A stretch of 51,140 nucleotides of DNA, taken from Catajapyx aquilonaris (Eukaryota). The stretch is from assembly GCA_000934665.2 (NCBI GenBank), contig KZ538727.1, positions 1 to 51,140 of the forward strand. Reading direction: 5' to 3'. Shown piece after piece: positions 12,573-26,062 of this stretch (within the stretch, counting starts at the first letter, position 1; the number at the start of each line of letters is the position of its first letter). The notes under the pieces are model-generated. The model did not search any database and was not told the origin of the DNA. It saw only the letters and a list, made by a program, of their open reading frames with translations. Position numbers and translations under genes: made by a program.

Positions 12573-15500
12573 TGCCGGTTTAAAACGGGGTTTTGGCGTC
12601 ATCGGCGGCCATTTTGGATTTGAAAACCAGGCCTTTTTATACTGTTGAACTCAAGTTTTCCTCTCTCGGTGTATATATAAAATGGTAAAGAGAGAGTCTA
12701 GTAGAGACGACAAAATTGGGGGAAGTGTCCGGATGGCATCGGGCTGGGATTGCGGGTTGGTTGTCTTGCTGACGCCGGCCAGACTGCTGGAAACTTGCCA
12801 AAATCCAGCTCCCTTCCCTACCACCCCTCGATATCTCTCCCCCCCATCCCCACCCCTCCTTTTGCCGGATGCAGCTCTCCCCGAATTCCTACAACAAACG
12901 TCGCAAATTACTATCCCGGGCTTCCATTTCCACCAAAACAATATATACTGCAAGGAAGAGGGCGAAGTCCATGCTCAACCTTACTCTGGAAAGAAGAAAA
13001 AAAACTTTCATTTTTTTATTATTTGGAAAAGGGAAGCATCAGACAATGATTGTTGCTCCAGCGAAAATTTCATCATCTTCTGGAGTAAAGTTTAGCTCCG
13101 CGTAAATTTTATTAAGGCATGTGTTTGTAGGACCTTTTGAAGGAGAAGGGATCGGATTGAGGCGTAAATCATCACAAAAAGGAGGATTGCTTCTGTTTTG
13201 TAATCATGTAGAAAGTGGAAACTACTTTTGAACAACTCAGCAGGAGTTCATGTCCCGACTTTGAGACGAAACATTTTGCCTTATTTCGAACAGTGAAAAT
13301 AAATTTATAAACATTTTAAAGCAAAAATGGGGTTGAAAATGGTTCCGTTTACAATATTTCAAATGGGTACGCAGTGATTGGTATCCCGACTCTAAGACGT
13401 GACATTATGTTCCGACTTCAAGACGGAACAGCCTGTGTGCTGACAGCCTTTTTCTATTATGTTGTAGTTATTCCCTCCCGCCCCCCAACTTTTGTACAAT
13501 CCGGTGACGTTCGCCTCCCAATATCGGAATGTAGTTGTCGCAGTCCCCCAACTGGTGACCTGATCCGCTCCAAATGAAACACTCTCTTCTCTGCAGCCTT
13601 GTTGCCAGAAGTTTTCCTCGGAGTCAGCCACTAAATTAATGCTTACAGCGAGCCAGCTACTAAAACTGAGTGCTCCGGAGCCAAAAGTGAATTTTGATCC
13701 TCACAGTGCTTAAGATAAGGCTCGCTTTAGGGAGTAGTTGGATCAAAGTGTTCCTTTCCCCATATACCCCTTCAAAGGAAGGTCATTTTACTGTAGGTCA
13801 GATTCAAAAATTACACACATAGAATTGGCTCGAGTGTGCACCTCTGTTTGTCCAGGTTGAGGATGCGACATCAATGTACGAGTGATATCGTACTGCGTGG
13901 ACACTTGGTGGCAACTTGCTGAACTCTTTCCTTTAAAAGCTATGCAGCAAGGGTTTGGTTGGTTGTGCAGTATTTTCTGGCAGAGTTATCTGAATGGCTT
14001 CTTCTGTCTCATGCTTGCACTTCCTTTGGGGATCGATGCTGTCCTTCTTCTGCTCGGTTTGGCGCCACGGAGTTTCGCAATGGGAAGACTGGATTCAAAG
14101 TGGCTTAGCTGCCATTCTTTTTTTTCTTCTCTGGAACCGAGAGTAGGCCTAGGGGCAAAGGTTCGATCCTTGAAATGCCCCCAGCTCAACATGCTCCTCC
14201 TGAGTTGTAATTGCTGCGAGAAGTGGCCCATTTGTATTTTACACTGAGCTTACCCCCCCAAGGGAGGATCAATCCGACACGACTCTGTAATATGTCCTTT
14301 CTTTGGACAGGGAAAAGAAGCCACTGATTGAGCTCGTTGCGGCCTGCGCCATCTTGTTCCGCTCGGGGTACGCCTTTCAAAGCAAGATGTCCGGTTAACG
14401 GAGGGTAAAACGACAAAGAAACGTCACCCAAGTGCTCCCTCGCTCTATACGTATAAAAGGGAAATTCCACAACCACAGCCAATCACGGCCCACGACGCGA
14501 CGTCACCCATGAATATCGATATTATCTCAGTACGTAGTGGAAGGGAATATCGATACACATCAAATAGGGCCGTTTGAAATGTGAGTCTAATGTGTTTGCC
14601 GCGTTAGAACTGGATAGGTTAATTAATATAGATTATAATTACGCGTATATACAGAAACTCTACATGAATAATTGATCCTCAGGAGTTCACCTTGAAAGTT
14701 TTGCTAAACGTACTTAAGCAGGATGTGTACAGTATCATCGGTTTAGCCAGTATGTGGTCAGCCTGCTGAATAATTCTGTGGAACAATGCTGGCTGGCGAT
14801 AAATATGCGAATAAAGAATGAAGTACAGGAATGAAGCGGTGTGGTTTTGAAGGAGGGTGTAATTCTGCCATGTTTTGAACCGAAAAGGAGGCCGAAGTAA
14901 TTGGCGGAAATGTTTGTGGCTCGGCCCACTGGTCTCTCTTGGGTTACAAGTTTACCATAACAATGTTTACAGCTCTCTTCTTCATTCTTGTATATTTGAG
15001 TCTCTAGCTGTGGTGAGTGGTGGAGGACCAGACGCGCTCGATGGCGTTTCGAGCGCGTCTGCATTTCCCCCGTAATATGACTTGTGACTTTTTAATCGCC
15101 GCGCTTTCACTCTTTGCACGTAACACAATAGAAGTAATTCATTAATCCTGTGGCTGGAGCTTTGGCGAGGTATTTTTGGGAGGGGCTTGAGGCAATTAAC
15201 ACCATATTTAGCAGGGGGGTAGTTATTAAAAATAGTGTCATCGCTGTATGTTTACACGTCCCTAATGAGAAGGGTCCGCGGCTATTTCAACATGGAAATT
15301 GCATTTATTTTTCACCTGGCCTGGTAATTAGCTGCGTATTTACACTGCGGGGGGTATCATTCCCCGCCCCTCAATTCAATTTGCGCTCCTTCATACCCGC
15401 AGCAACTACTACGTTGCCTTACACTACATTCGCAACAGATTCATAATTTCACAATTCGTAATAATCTTTCAGACGAAATGACGCAGTTGCCTTTATTTTC

Positions 15501-16107
15501 CCGCTCCTGAGAACCGTACTTTCTACTTTAAAGTAAATAAATTAGGCGCGAAATATTCATATCAATCTAAAATTCGAAAACCTGACACGGAGGAACTGTG
15601 GATTTTTTTTTTCGAGAAAAAATGTACTTTTTTATGATCTCTCTCCCCAACGGGTTTCCCTTGCTCGGTAATGATGAATGACAAGCGAGGTGAAAGGTAA
15701 TTGACATTTTTGCAGAAGTCAGAAAGAGAGTGAGTACCAAGTGTGTTGAAGCTGCCATTAGTGGTTGGGCTCCTCCTCATGCCCTCAGGGAGGGGGGGTC
15801 TGTGGGTGGGTTGAAAGAGAAATTGAATCTGGATCGATTATCGGAAGTGGGTGGTGGGGAATATAGAAAAAAAAGGACAAGAGAGAGAAAGGCCGGCCGG
15901 TTTGGGCCATTTCTATGCAGGAAAAAAGCGATCATGTTTCAGCCGTCTTAAGGGCCAGATCCGATTCTTTCTCTCTCTAGACACAATACTAAAGAAACTG
16001 GCTGGTTGCTAGGGAGAGTATTTCCAACCCTGAAACACAATCTAACTAATTAACCTCATTTTAATCATGTTACGAAATAATTGTCAACTAGTGCACCCCT
16101 TAGCAAA

Positions 16108-16235
16108 ACATGGCAACACTGCCCACTTTTGGTTCCGTTCTGAGCTCATAGATGGCGCATCCTCCCTCTCTGCACACTACTGCCACTCTCAGTGTCATGA
16201 TGAGGAAAGTGGTACTACCTACTCTCGTGCAACCC
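16108..16235 (+). repeat. Dispersed repeat family A (TAGATGGCGCATCCTCCCTCTCTGCACACTACTGCCACTCTCAG core)
   Basis: Core near-identical to copies at 38631-38785 and 47903-48070. Confidence 0.8.
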
Positions 16236-16363
16236 CCAGAAGACTATGTCCCTCGAGGCTTTAGCAGGCTCTTTGTCCGGTCGGATAATGTTTGTAACCG
16301 GACACTAATGTCCCGAAAGTGTGTTTGGGCCTTACCCCTGATGGGTTTTGTCTCTCGTTGCAG

Positions 16364-16411
16364 GATCGCTGTCCAGCTGGGCCGACTGGTGGACATACGA
16401 TGGCATCTCTG
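16364..16411 (+). CDS. CA10: Internal 48-nt coding exon (phase 1-1) of a carbonic anhydrase-related protein (CA10/CA11-like, invertebrate CARP); flanking exons not found in window
   Basis: Acceptor ttttgtctctcgttgcag|G with branch-like CTGAT at 16338-16342 and donor CTG|gtgagt at 16412. Translation (G)SLSSWADWWTYDGIS(G) matches my recall of the invertebrate CARP motif SW(E/D)(E/D)WWTYDGISGPxFWG. Confidence 0.85.
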
Positions 16412-17817
16412 GTGAGTATACACTGCATGTCTCCAAGGCATGGGAACTAACGGCTCGTACTACATTATATACATCGAAAAGTACTTGACATTTTGCGGCC
16501 AGATGCTGCCAGCGGATAATTGCTAAGCATTGATTCCATGGGAAAGTGTCAAGCGTTTTGAGCTGATATTGAATTCAAGTGAGGAATTTCGCTGAGCTAG
16601 AGTTGGAAACTTTCTCTCGCGGGGCATTTTGTTTACGAAAAGTCTCAAGTGTCGCTCCCGGATGCATTTCTCTTGCTCTCGATCCCTTATTCATGGGGCC
16701 TCACTTAATTCGGTCTCTTAGCTGTGGCCAACCACAACCCAAAAGAAGTAAGGCAGAGAACGCGTAATGATTCAGTTAAAGAGTGCAAATGCGTGTAAAG
16801 GACTGGATTCCTTTTTGCAAAAACTTGGCCTACTTCTTCTTTTTTTTTTTTGGAGAAGTGGTTTTTGGGGCTGGGGCCGAGCAGAAGGCAATTCCAAAGT
16901 GGGGTGTGGTATAGGGAAAGGGGAGATGACAAATTGCTTTGCGTATGACGTTTCGTATTCACGCTCACGAGGTGCTCCATCCCGTGGACTCCAAAAGTCA
17001 TTTCGGAAATGGCCCGCCGTTTCCTTGCACTCGTTATGTACCATGTATCTAGGAGGGTTGGATGGGGGAAATCGATGTGTGGATAAAGAGAAACCGCAGA
17101 AGGGGTTCCGGTTAACCCAAAAGTTGTAGCCATAATACCCCCCAAAAAATATTATGGAAAAAATGCTTGAAAAGTGAATAACAAACCATGCTGTGTGGGG
17201 GTCAAACATTGTGAACAACACATGTGGCGTGTCTCTCCCAATCAATTGACCCGCATGCTCATGGATCCGTTATGTAACATCTGCACCTTGCATATGACAT
17301 CTGTTCAACCTGTTATTGGCCTGTAATAATAATTTCCCCTCTCGATCAGTATTAGTATTGTTGTGCGGAGGAATAAAAAGCCCGGAATTAGGGGGGAATC
17401 CTTATCCTGGGACAAGTAAATCAATCGGAGTCATTAAAAGTTTTGAGAGCGAGTTGTCAGCATAATCTGCGGAGAGAAGCAAAGGCTGCTTTTGCTGCAG
17501 GGATAATCAATCAGCCTCGAATTCTGGGGGTGTACAAGAGGAGGAGAGAGGGCCTAGCAGCAGGGGGGAGAGAGAGGGTGGGGGGAGACATTAATCAATG
17601 GGCCTGGCCCGTAAATAATCAGATTTAAAGCCGGCGTTTTATTGCCAGGACTCGGTTTTACCAGGGGGACCCCCCACCTAGAAGGACGGGGGATAATCAC
17701 TTCGGGAATTCCAGTGGTGGAAATGTGACGTCACAAGTGCAACTTTACTTTAAAAAATTAAACATCATAAAAGTTTCATAAAAATTATCTATAAAAACAT
17801 GGTGGGATGGTTGGTTT

Positions 17818-17834
17818 ACCTAACCTAACCTAAC
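17818..17834 (-). repeat. Short interstitial (TTAGG)n run; others at 1212-1225, 35854-35867, 36228-36241
   Basis: ACCTAACCTAACCTAAC; TTAGG is the arthropod telomere unit and also occurs inside arthropod TEs. Confidence 0.6.
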
Positions 17835-18729
17835 AACCCACCTGCAGGTATGACACAACAGCCTTTAATTGTAAAGGACAACACTGCAGCGTTTTTTTTA
17901 AAAAGAAGAGATTCGTTTAAATGTAATGGGCTATGTTTGTACCTACTTATTAATTAATACTGAGGGAGGCGAAAAATCGCTAGAAGATTATTATACGCTT
18001 GATTTGGCCTTTTAAAACTTTCGGACCTGACGTATAGCACAGTGTTTCTCGGTCAGGTTAACACCATGCATAGTTCATAGTCCAAGCCGAAAAGTCAGGG
18101 ACGTTTTGCTCACAAAAATAGTTTTTGCTGTCTGGTATTTTCACAGCCCGAAAAAAAAAAATCAGAGTGCAAAAACCTTCCGACTATTTAAGCGTTCTAT
18201 GCATTAATTAGTAATCTTAACCATTGCGAGAAAAAAAGAGGTCGACCCGTAGGTCAGTGATGTTTGTCCTTAATCAACTTGTTTTAATTATTCTCGGAGT
18301 GGGTGACATGCACTAAATTGGATAGCTGTTGAGCACACGTGTTGGTCAAGAGGACCTCTTAATCAGTCTTGTGTTTTAATCGGATTCTAAACCCGCTTTT
18401 GTAGAACAGTACTTGTCCAGTTGTTGTCTGATGACCCTTCATCGGTGGGGTCCTTTGTGCGGTTGACTCCGGTTTGTCTTCACCCGAATTAGTTCGAGTG
18501 GGTAGAGAAGAAAGGAAGGGGTTTGGAGCACGAAAAAGAAGAAGAAGAAGAAGAAAAAAACCTGTCTAGGATTTTCTGGCGTGAAAATGACCAAAGCTTT
18601 GGCTGAAAAGAAGACGTATCTCCACAGAGAAGCATTAGTGTCAGAAACAGGCGCCTCTCAGACCCACTTCGCTTTCTTCAGGGTGCATCGTGCCATTATT
18701 CCGATCCACCAAACATGTTTTGAGGCGAT

Positions 18730-18843
18730 CCCTTCACAAGACTGGCTGCAAAATGCCTTACAAGATAAGGCTGCATGGCGAGACTGTCAAGATGTGCGAC
18801 TTTCTTTATAAATAATATACTGGGGACTAGTACAAGTACAAGA
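18730..18843 (+). mobile_element. Possible 3' tip of a truncated RTE-like LINE
   Basis: Peptide LQNALQDKAAWR* resembles the RTE C-terminal (A/M)QDRxxWR motif and is followed by TACAAGTACAAG. Confidence 0.3.
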
Positions 18844-20569
18844 CTTACATCCTTACATCCGAAGATAGAAGGAAAATGTGTACTAATTAAAAATTTTAAA
18901 AACAGTTAAGGGTCGTTCACACTTTTATTATGCACAAAATGTACAGTGTGCAGAGCATATGGATGTTCATTAAAAGTTTATACAGAACTTGACCCTTACA
19001 TATTGGTTGAATGGCATTACTGAGCCTTGAACTAGTTCCCTGCATTTCAATTAATTAACTTATTAATAAATTGCGTTATTAATATTTACTATTGTTATTG
19101 CAAAAGTAGGTCACCTAATCAACAAATAATTATGATATGCCGTATAGGCCTATTTGAAAATTATTATTGGTAATGAATGGAATATGTACGTATGTCAACG
19201 TTATTGATGTTAGGTTAGAATAATTACTTATACGCGTACATTGATATTTAAATAAAATAATAATAAGATCATCAACTCTCAGGTATAGAATATTAATATA
19301 TAAAAGTGCATGTATGTTTTACGATTTATGAATTATGTCATTAAATGTTACATCATTATTTGTATATTTTAATGTCTACATTGATTAGATCGCAGACTAC
19401 CTCTTTTGTATAGAGAAATTTTGTGATGTGTTTATAATTCGAATATTATTATAATATCACACTTATTTAGCCTTATTTACTGATTTATCGGTTGTGCTAT
19501 CTTGAACTATAGGTCAACTGGCCTCACACCTTGCATTGTTAAAAGGCATTCTCTCAGTTTTCAATCCGCCTTTATTTCCAACCCCTTCCGTGACGTCACT
19601 GCCGGCCCAAATCTGTCCCTGGGCCGCTTGTATTTTTCACTCGGCGGCGAATCTAATTCGGCGTGATTCCATTTGGGTGTTTATCTTGCAGGTCTTGTGG
19701 CCTGGGCCTCAAGGAAAGAGAGAGAGAGAGAGAAAAAAAAGAGCGATCGATTTGCGATCACGCCCCCTGATAGTTGGGCCAAAAGTCTTGTATACGTGTG
19801 TGTGTGTGTGTGGGCGAAAAGTACAAGGTGTATGATTCGCATATCATGCTATGTACATTTTGTTTTAGAAGCGCCATTTTCTCAGTTCGTCCAGGAAGGC
19901 GGATACAGCCTATGACACTTCCATCGTGCCAGGGCGTTTCATACCCATTCGATGCCAATTTTCTGACTAACGATGTGTAGGAGACGAACCTAGTGATTCT
20001 CTGGTTTCAGCGGATTCTTCCTGGATCGTTATGAGACACCCTGTGTGCCTGTCCAACCTGGCAATGTTTTTGCAGTGTTGACATTTGAGAACTGGTCCCC
20101 TCTGAGTGAAATTGAACTGCCTCCGGGCATTGTGGACTCTGCTGGTTTTGAGAGGATGGGTTGTGGATGGGGGGGCCGCATATTGCGTCGTTGTCCCCTC
20201 TTCACTTATTGGCCGGTTAATAACAGCTCCCTAGTTCTCTTTTTCGCACACAACTATGTATACACCTGTTACGGCATGCAGGCCATTTGATGTCAAATTA
20301 CCAACAGGTGTGGTTGCTCATGCATGAGAGGCGATTCCTGTGTGTGTCATACGAGACTTTTTGTGGGCCATATCCGATTACAAGGCCTGGAGCTGAGCCC
20401 ACTCTTGTATAGTTTGGTTTAGCAACATTCCGGGTTTGTATTTAGTAAGGCTACAAGCACCCGAAATGTTATAGTCAAAAGGGATGAAAGTGTCGTAAAC
20501 TCAATCGGCCCGGGCTGTTCACCCCTCACATACGTAGATACTACCTTATATGTAATTTGCTGGGCGAGA

Positions 20570-20710
20570 CTTTGTCCACGGTGACTTATCACCAACGTGC
20601 ATGTAGTACTACTTTCTCCGTTAGAGCGGCGCGGGGGTAGCGTGCTGCAGAGAGGATGCGCTCCATCTGTGAGTGGCACTTCATATTATGCCCACGTGAG
20701 GTTGCCAACA
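20570..20710 (-). repeat. Dispersed repeat family A copy (diverged)
   Basis: TTTGTCC..GTGCATGTAGTACTAC..GCAGAGAGGATGCGCTCCATCTG. Confidence 0.6.
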
Positions 20711-20740
20711 GATTCACTCTCGTTACTATAGAAGAATGTT

Positions 20741-20970
20741 TACGAGCGCAACCGAATGCGCACCCACACTCGCGCAACCCCATTGTTCTGAACAACAGCG
20801 TTGCCAGAGTTCGTTCCAGCTCTTTGGAAACGTCGCAAACGTAGGCCATTTTGTTTCCCCAATCGTAGCGTTGGAAATAAGTGCAGCGCAACACCCACTA
20901 TACTGTGAGCTTACTGACAATAATAGATAATGCCAACCGTGCACGCTGCGCGAACTGTGGTGCGCACTGG
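20741..20970. mobile_element. MITE, AGTGCGCACC-TIR family
   Basis: TACGAGCGCAACCGAATGCGCACCCACACTCGCGCA ... TGCGCGAACTGTGGTGCGCACT. Confidence 0.7.
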
Positions 20971-21496
20971 GCAATAGTTTTTTGAAGAACTTTTGTAAAC
21001 TGGTTAAGTGTGGATTAAGGTCGTGAGATGCGACCACTTGGGAGAGCCCTGTAGAGTCGAGTGGGTCCAATTGGAATATGCGGCCCGGGGCCAAAGCGAG
21101 TTCCCCTTATTTAGGGAGCGATTCTTGTTTCCGAGCCGGGGAATCCCCGGCGCTTTTCACTTTCTGCATCCGGGAATTTAAGGCCCTGCAGGGGGCCACT
21201 CCTGTTTTTGGGTTGGGAGGGGTGTAAAATCTACCTCTACTCCCTTGGTTCACCTAATGCTTGGGATGAATACTAAACACAGAGCAAAACTAGGCCTTGA
21301 TTTATATATTAATTTTGCAACTCTAAGTCTGAGCATGTGTCCCTCGAGGCCTCTTTTCCACCCACGCTCCTCACCCCATTTCGTAGTTCGGACTATATCA
21401 TGTCCTGACCTCAAGTAAGGTCACCCATGCCACTCACACCTTTCGCCATTTTCTTTTTAAAAGGTTGCAATTTTTTTGCAAAGTTTTAAATAATGT

Positions 21497-21630
21497 ATAG
21501 AATTGGCTTGAGGCTGTGCCTCTGTTTGTCCTGGATGTGCTAAGTTCATGTAGTACCACCACCCTCCACGACTCTGAGTGGCAGGAGTGTGCAGTGAGGA
21601 TGCGCCATCTATGGGCGAAGTAAGGTACTA
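21497..21630 (-). repeat. Dispersed repeat family A copy
   Basis: GAGTGGCAGGAGTGTGCAG..GAGGATGCGCCATCTATG, reverse complement of core. Confidence 0.75.
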
Positions 21631-24600
21631 TTGGCGGAGATTGAGCCTACGACACTTCCACAGCCTTATGATCTTATAACACATTATGAACCACTCTTTA
21701 TGCTAGAAATTTTCATGCTTTTAATGATTTCAACTGGTGGAAATAAACATGCCATGTCCATTTGTGCAAGAACGAGCAACTCGATTGAACGAGCAGTACA
21801 CGTACTTTACGTCGGTTTAACTGCAAGAGTTGTCATACCTCGCTACTAATTTGCTTTATGAGTTCTGACGAGTGGGGGAGTAATAGAAAGGCGGGCCAGG
21901 ACATGCGGAAAAAACGCGTGTCCCATTGATGTCGGCATAATGAATGTTCCAACTGTTCCAGTTGTCGCGGTGATTTCATAGTTTGTCATGATTTTTTTTT
22001 GTTGGAAAAAAATGCACATTCCTACCCACCACACTTCCTTTTTTTAAAAAAAAACTAACTATGTGAACCTCCCTCACTGCTGTTCAAACTAATCAGGTTT
22101 CATTATACGGCATTGATTTGCATAAATGTAAACACAATAACTCGAGTTATGCAGTCGTGATTGGGAGATTAAAATTGCATTAATTTGACCAATATGACCA
22201 AAATTAATGGCTCGTTTAATTTTATTGGGCTAGTCGGCGTGGAAACATTTTGGAGGGTAAAATTGAGGCCGCCTCGGTTTTCTGCCCAAACTGTGCAGTT
22301 TGTGGAGGTTTTGTCTGTTGCGGATACAACTACTGGACTATAAGCCAAGCAAGTGGCTTTTCAGGTGTCTCCTCAGGTTAATATGTAAATGGATGGCAGC
22401 ATTGACCCAGTTGGAAAGAGGCAGGTGGAAATGGCCACCTCCAGCTGCCACGGGAAGCACTAAGGGAAACAGATGGATCCGCAGAGAAACCCTCGCAAAG
22501 ACCTCACTATTTGATAACTGTCCAGCCAACCACTATGTAGTCCGATAGAGGCGCTACTGTTGACGGAACTGACGTGGCCGGAAGGTTGTGATACCTTACT
22601 CTTCGGATAATCATTTTAAAAGAAGAAGTAATGGACACCAGCTCTTGAATAGTGTAGGGTAGTGCATTAATGAAAGAGGTAATGGCTCTTGCATGTGTTC
22701 CTGGCCAGTCGTCAATATCGTCCCGGGTGAGAAATTGAAGCTGGAGTTAGTGAAATCCGGAGTCACGTTCCAACCATCTTGGCTGGAGTCACGTAAAGCA
22801 AACTGTGGGGGACACAGGCGTGGCAGAGAGGGCAAGAAGAGAGAGAAAAAAAACCCTCCTTTTTTTCTCTCCTTTAAAAAAAAATCCGCTTGTACTACAC
22901 GCTTTCGATATATTCCCTGGGCCTTGCCTCCCTTCTTTAGTCACTTTTTATGAGACGCGACGTGCCTAACGAGCCCCAGGCATTATCACCAGGCTCGAAA
23001 GTGCTTCAGACAACAAATGGTCTTCTTGTGTATCCCAACCCAAAAGTGGTCGCCATATTTTTCCGGAGGACTCTCCTTTTCTTTTCACTCTGGAGAGTGA
23101 CAAATGCACTCGATATTTTTTGGGGAGGGGATGAATGCACTACTGGATGTAGCTAGTGATCAACTGCAGACAGCCAAGCATATTAGGACCTCCCCCCAAA
23201 AAATGGGATCTCAAGTATTAAATCGAGCAATATAAGCGAAAATTACGAAGGGTGTCTCAAATTGTCTATTAATATAAGTGTAATGATATTCATTTACATA
23301 AAGTACATCGTCAACTTGAACGATTGGTGCCCATAGATGCCACGAACATAAAGTAAATAGCCCCAGAAATTATTTTTAACAATGCGTATTTCGGTGTCAG
23401 TATAACAGGGCGTAACCAGCGTAACTTGTAGTCATACCCAGTTCTATCCGCAATGATTGGAAAAAACGCCCCATTTTGCCGGGCAGTCCGTTTAATGGGC
23501 CAAGATTGGAGGCAATGAGGGCGGAAATGTTGCGCTAGTAATCGCTCCGATTATTTTAATGGACGGGGGCCAACGCTGTTGATTAGTTTCATATTTGCAA
23601 TGACATAATAAAGGCGTCAAATGAGCGTCATGCGGCTATTTGACGACAGCCGGGATTAGTGTCCACCCNNNNNNNNNNNNCCCCCCCCCCTCCCAAAACC
23701 CAACAACAAAACGGACGCGTTTAAATTGGGAGGCCGGGGCCGAAAGTGACACACTCGAATGTAAATGGGGGGGCTTCGAACAGGTTAGTAGGCGGCGAAA
23801 AAAAAAATCGGCAAAATTTCAGCACTAGTTTTGGAGCAATCAAATTTTTTTACGCAAATATCTCTCGTAAAAATGAACGTGACAAAACTTTTAAAATTGT
23901 GACTTGCATTTGCTGTTGGTTTATTTATTATTTGATTTTTTTATTATTACAAGTAAGCCATTAGTGTGCCAAGTTTCACTATCAGTAGTCTGAAAGTGAG
24001 TTAGGTAGGTGTGACAACATATATTGATGTACTGTGTACAGTATATGTAAGATTCATTTACTTATTATGGTAGTTCACGAACAAATATGCTGGAAGGCAC
24101 TTTTAGTGACACATTTTATAATATTTGTTGCAGGGGATCAGCAATACAGAGGGCAATTAATATGCTGCAGTGGTGAATAAAATATTATTTTTCAGTTCGT
24201 CTATGCTGGTCACAATTTATCTGCAGAATCATAATTATTGGAAGGATGCATCGTCGCTCCTGCAGGATATTCATGATTCCTGGAATTGGATTCTCCTCAC
24301 ACTTTGGTCCATTGTGGTCCCCCCCGAATTGACGCCTTTGACTGGCCCGTCTGTAGATGTGCAATAAAGCGTTGTAAAACGTGAGCGACGCGACTTTTTT
24401 GAACCGTCGCGACAACAAAAAGATCTGGGGGTCCAATTTGACCCCAGTCGTGGATAGAAGTGTTGCTTGTGCCAAAAGCTGGGGGGGGGGAGATTCCCTG
24501 GATATTAAGCCGCGTCTGGTGCCACCGTAGTCTCCTTTTTAAAAAAAGAAACCCCCTTAGTCGACGCTTTATTAGGCCGGGCTCTTTTCTATCCCCCGAC

Positions 24601-26062
24601 AATTCAGATGTAAATTCGCGTTCGTCCTTCCCCCTCCTCCTCCTCCTCGCTTTTTTTTGTCGCGATTTGTTTGAGTTTTGAGCGAGGGATTGCGAAACTT
24701 TTTCCATTACAGCCGGGACGGAGGGGTATTAACAAGACAATGAGGGTCGCACTTAATCAGATCCTTGGAGGGGTGGAAAACCATGGCTAGAAACGAGGGA
24801 GTAACCCCCCTCTAGAAAATGTCTGGAGCCTCTTCCAAAATGAAGAATTCCAGATTTGTCTTCAGTGCCACAATATTATATGTACCGTTTTCATGCTTTG
24901 TCGGCTCCCCTTTTCATGCCAGACGTGACCTGACACAAAAAAAAGTGAAGAAGGATCTCATTATATTTCTTGCATCTGAAAATAAAGCTCCGATTCACTC
25001 CTTCGCCGCCAACGGCTCATGGCGCTAGTCGTTCTCCCGTGACCCCGAAGAGCTGTGGCATAGCTCTTCGGGGTCAGGAGAACAGCACTGTACATACTAC
25101 ATGGAGCTGAGCAGATATGACTGTAGTGTAAAGACCACATGTATAGATGAGCAGATTCTCTTTAAAAATGGAGGCCGATAAACTGAACACGTGGTAGTTG
25201 GCCTGAGGGAAATCAGTTGGATCTAAAAAGCGAGTGCCTCCAGTTTCCGTTAAACCTTCCTCGTAATGGTCTACCGATCGCGATTCTCGCTTTTTGCCAC
25301 AAAAGAAAAAAGTGTAATTCATTGCGAGATGCTGAGGTCTAAGCTCGCTCGTTTGTTTTATTCAAAGCCCCCTTTTCCTCTCTCTATATAATATACATAT
25401 GTGTATAGGGTTCTATAAACCAGGGGAGAAAAGAGGGCAGCATTTGGCGTGCACTTGCGCTGCATTCCAACGGGCTTATTACTTATAAGAGGATTAGTAA
25501 TTGAACCCAGGAGTCGCCCCCAAAACCGTTTATTTCGTTTCAGGCGAACGTATACTAAAGCGATCGCTACAGCAACAATTCGGATGAGTTATGACTAAAT
25601 TACTGGGCAAAGGTCGCCGAAATATTTAAGGCAATGTTACATGTTCTTCCTATTTGTATGATAAAATTTTGCTAATTTTTATTAGTCTGAAACGATGATG
25701 TTAGCTCAGGTTGATTACCGTAATTACAGGCGCGGAATTTTTGCGCAATTTTTTTTTCCTCCCCAGGTCCCTTCCTCTGAGTCGGTTGGATCAGACCTTT
25801 TTTTGTGTGTGCATATACGCGGATAAAAAACAGTGTAATTTGCATTCCCAGTGACATTTATTGCCAAAAAATGGGGCGTAGGCCCGCCGGATTTTGTGAT
25901 CCTACAGCACGGAAAGTAGCTGCCAACGTCATTTCTGCCACCCCAAACTCCTACGTGCAACATTTGTATGCAAAATTCAGGGGCCCACTCGAAACAAAAA
26001 TAAATAAATAAACTTAGAAATTTTTGGCTTAATTTTTTAGGCTTCTCGTCTACAAGAGAGTC

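Noticed and set aside
13040..13185. Short minus-strand frame SNPPFCDDLRLNP...EDDEIFAGATIIV*
   Set aside because: Weak acceptor, no recognisable family, about 50 aa.
14963..15018. MFTALFFILVYLSL near a GTGAGT donor as the CARP signal-peptide exon
   Set aside because: In-frame TAG at 15005 precedes the donor, and the phase-1-compatible frame has TGA at 14997.
17515..17545. FWG/YWG codons (also near 18818 and 37573) as the next CARP exon
   Set aside because: No GP before, no L(I/V)NP after, and no suitable acceptor.
17818..17834. TTAGG runs as a telomere or fusion site
   Set aside because: Only 2-3 units, scattered in both orientations; more likely TE-internal.
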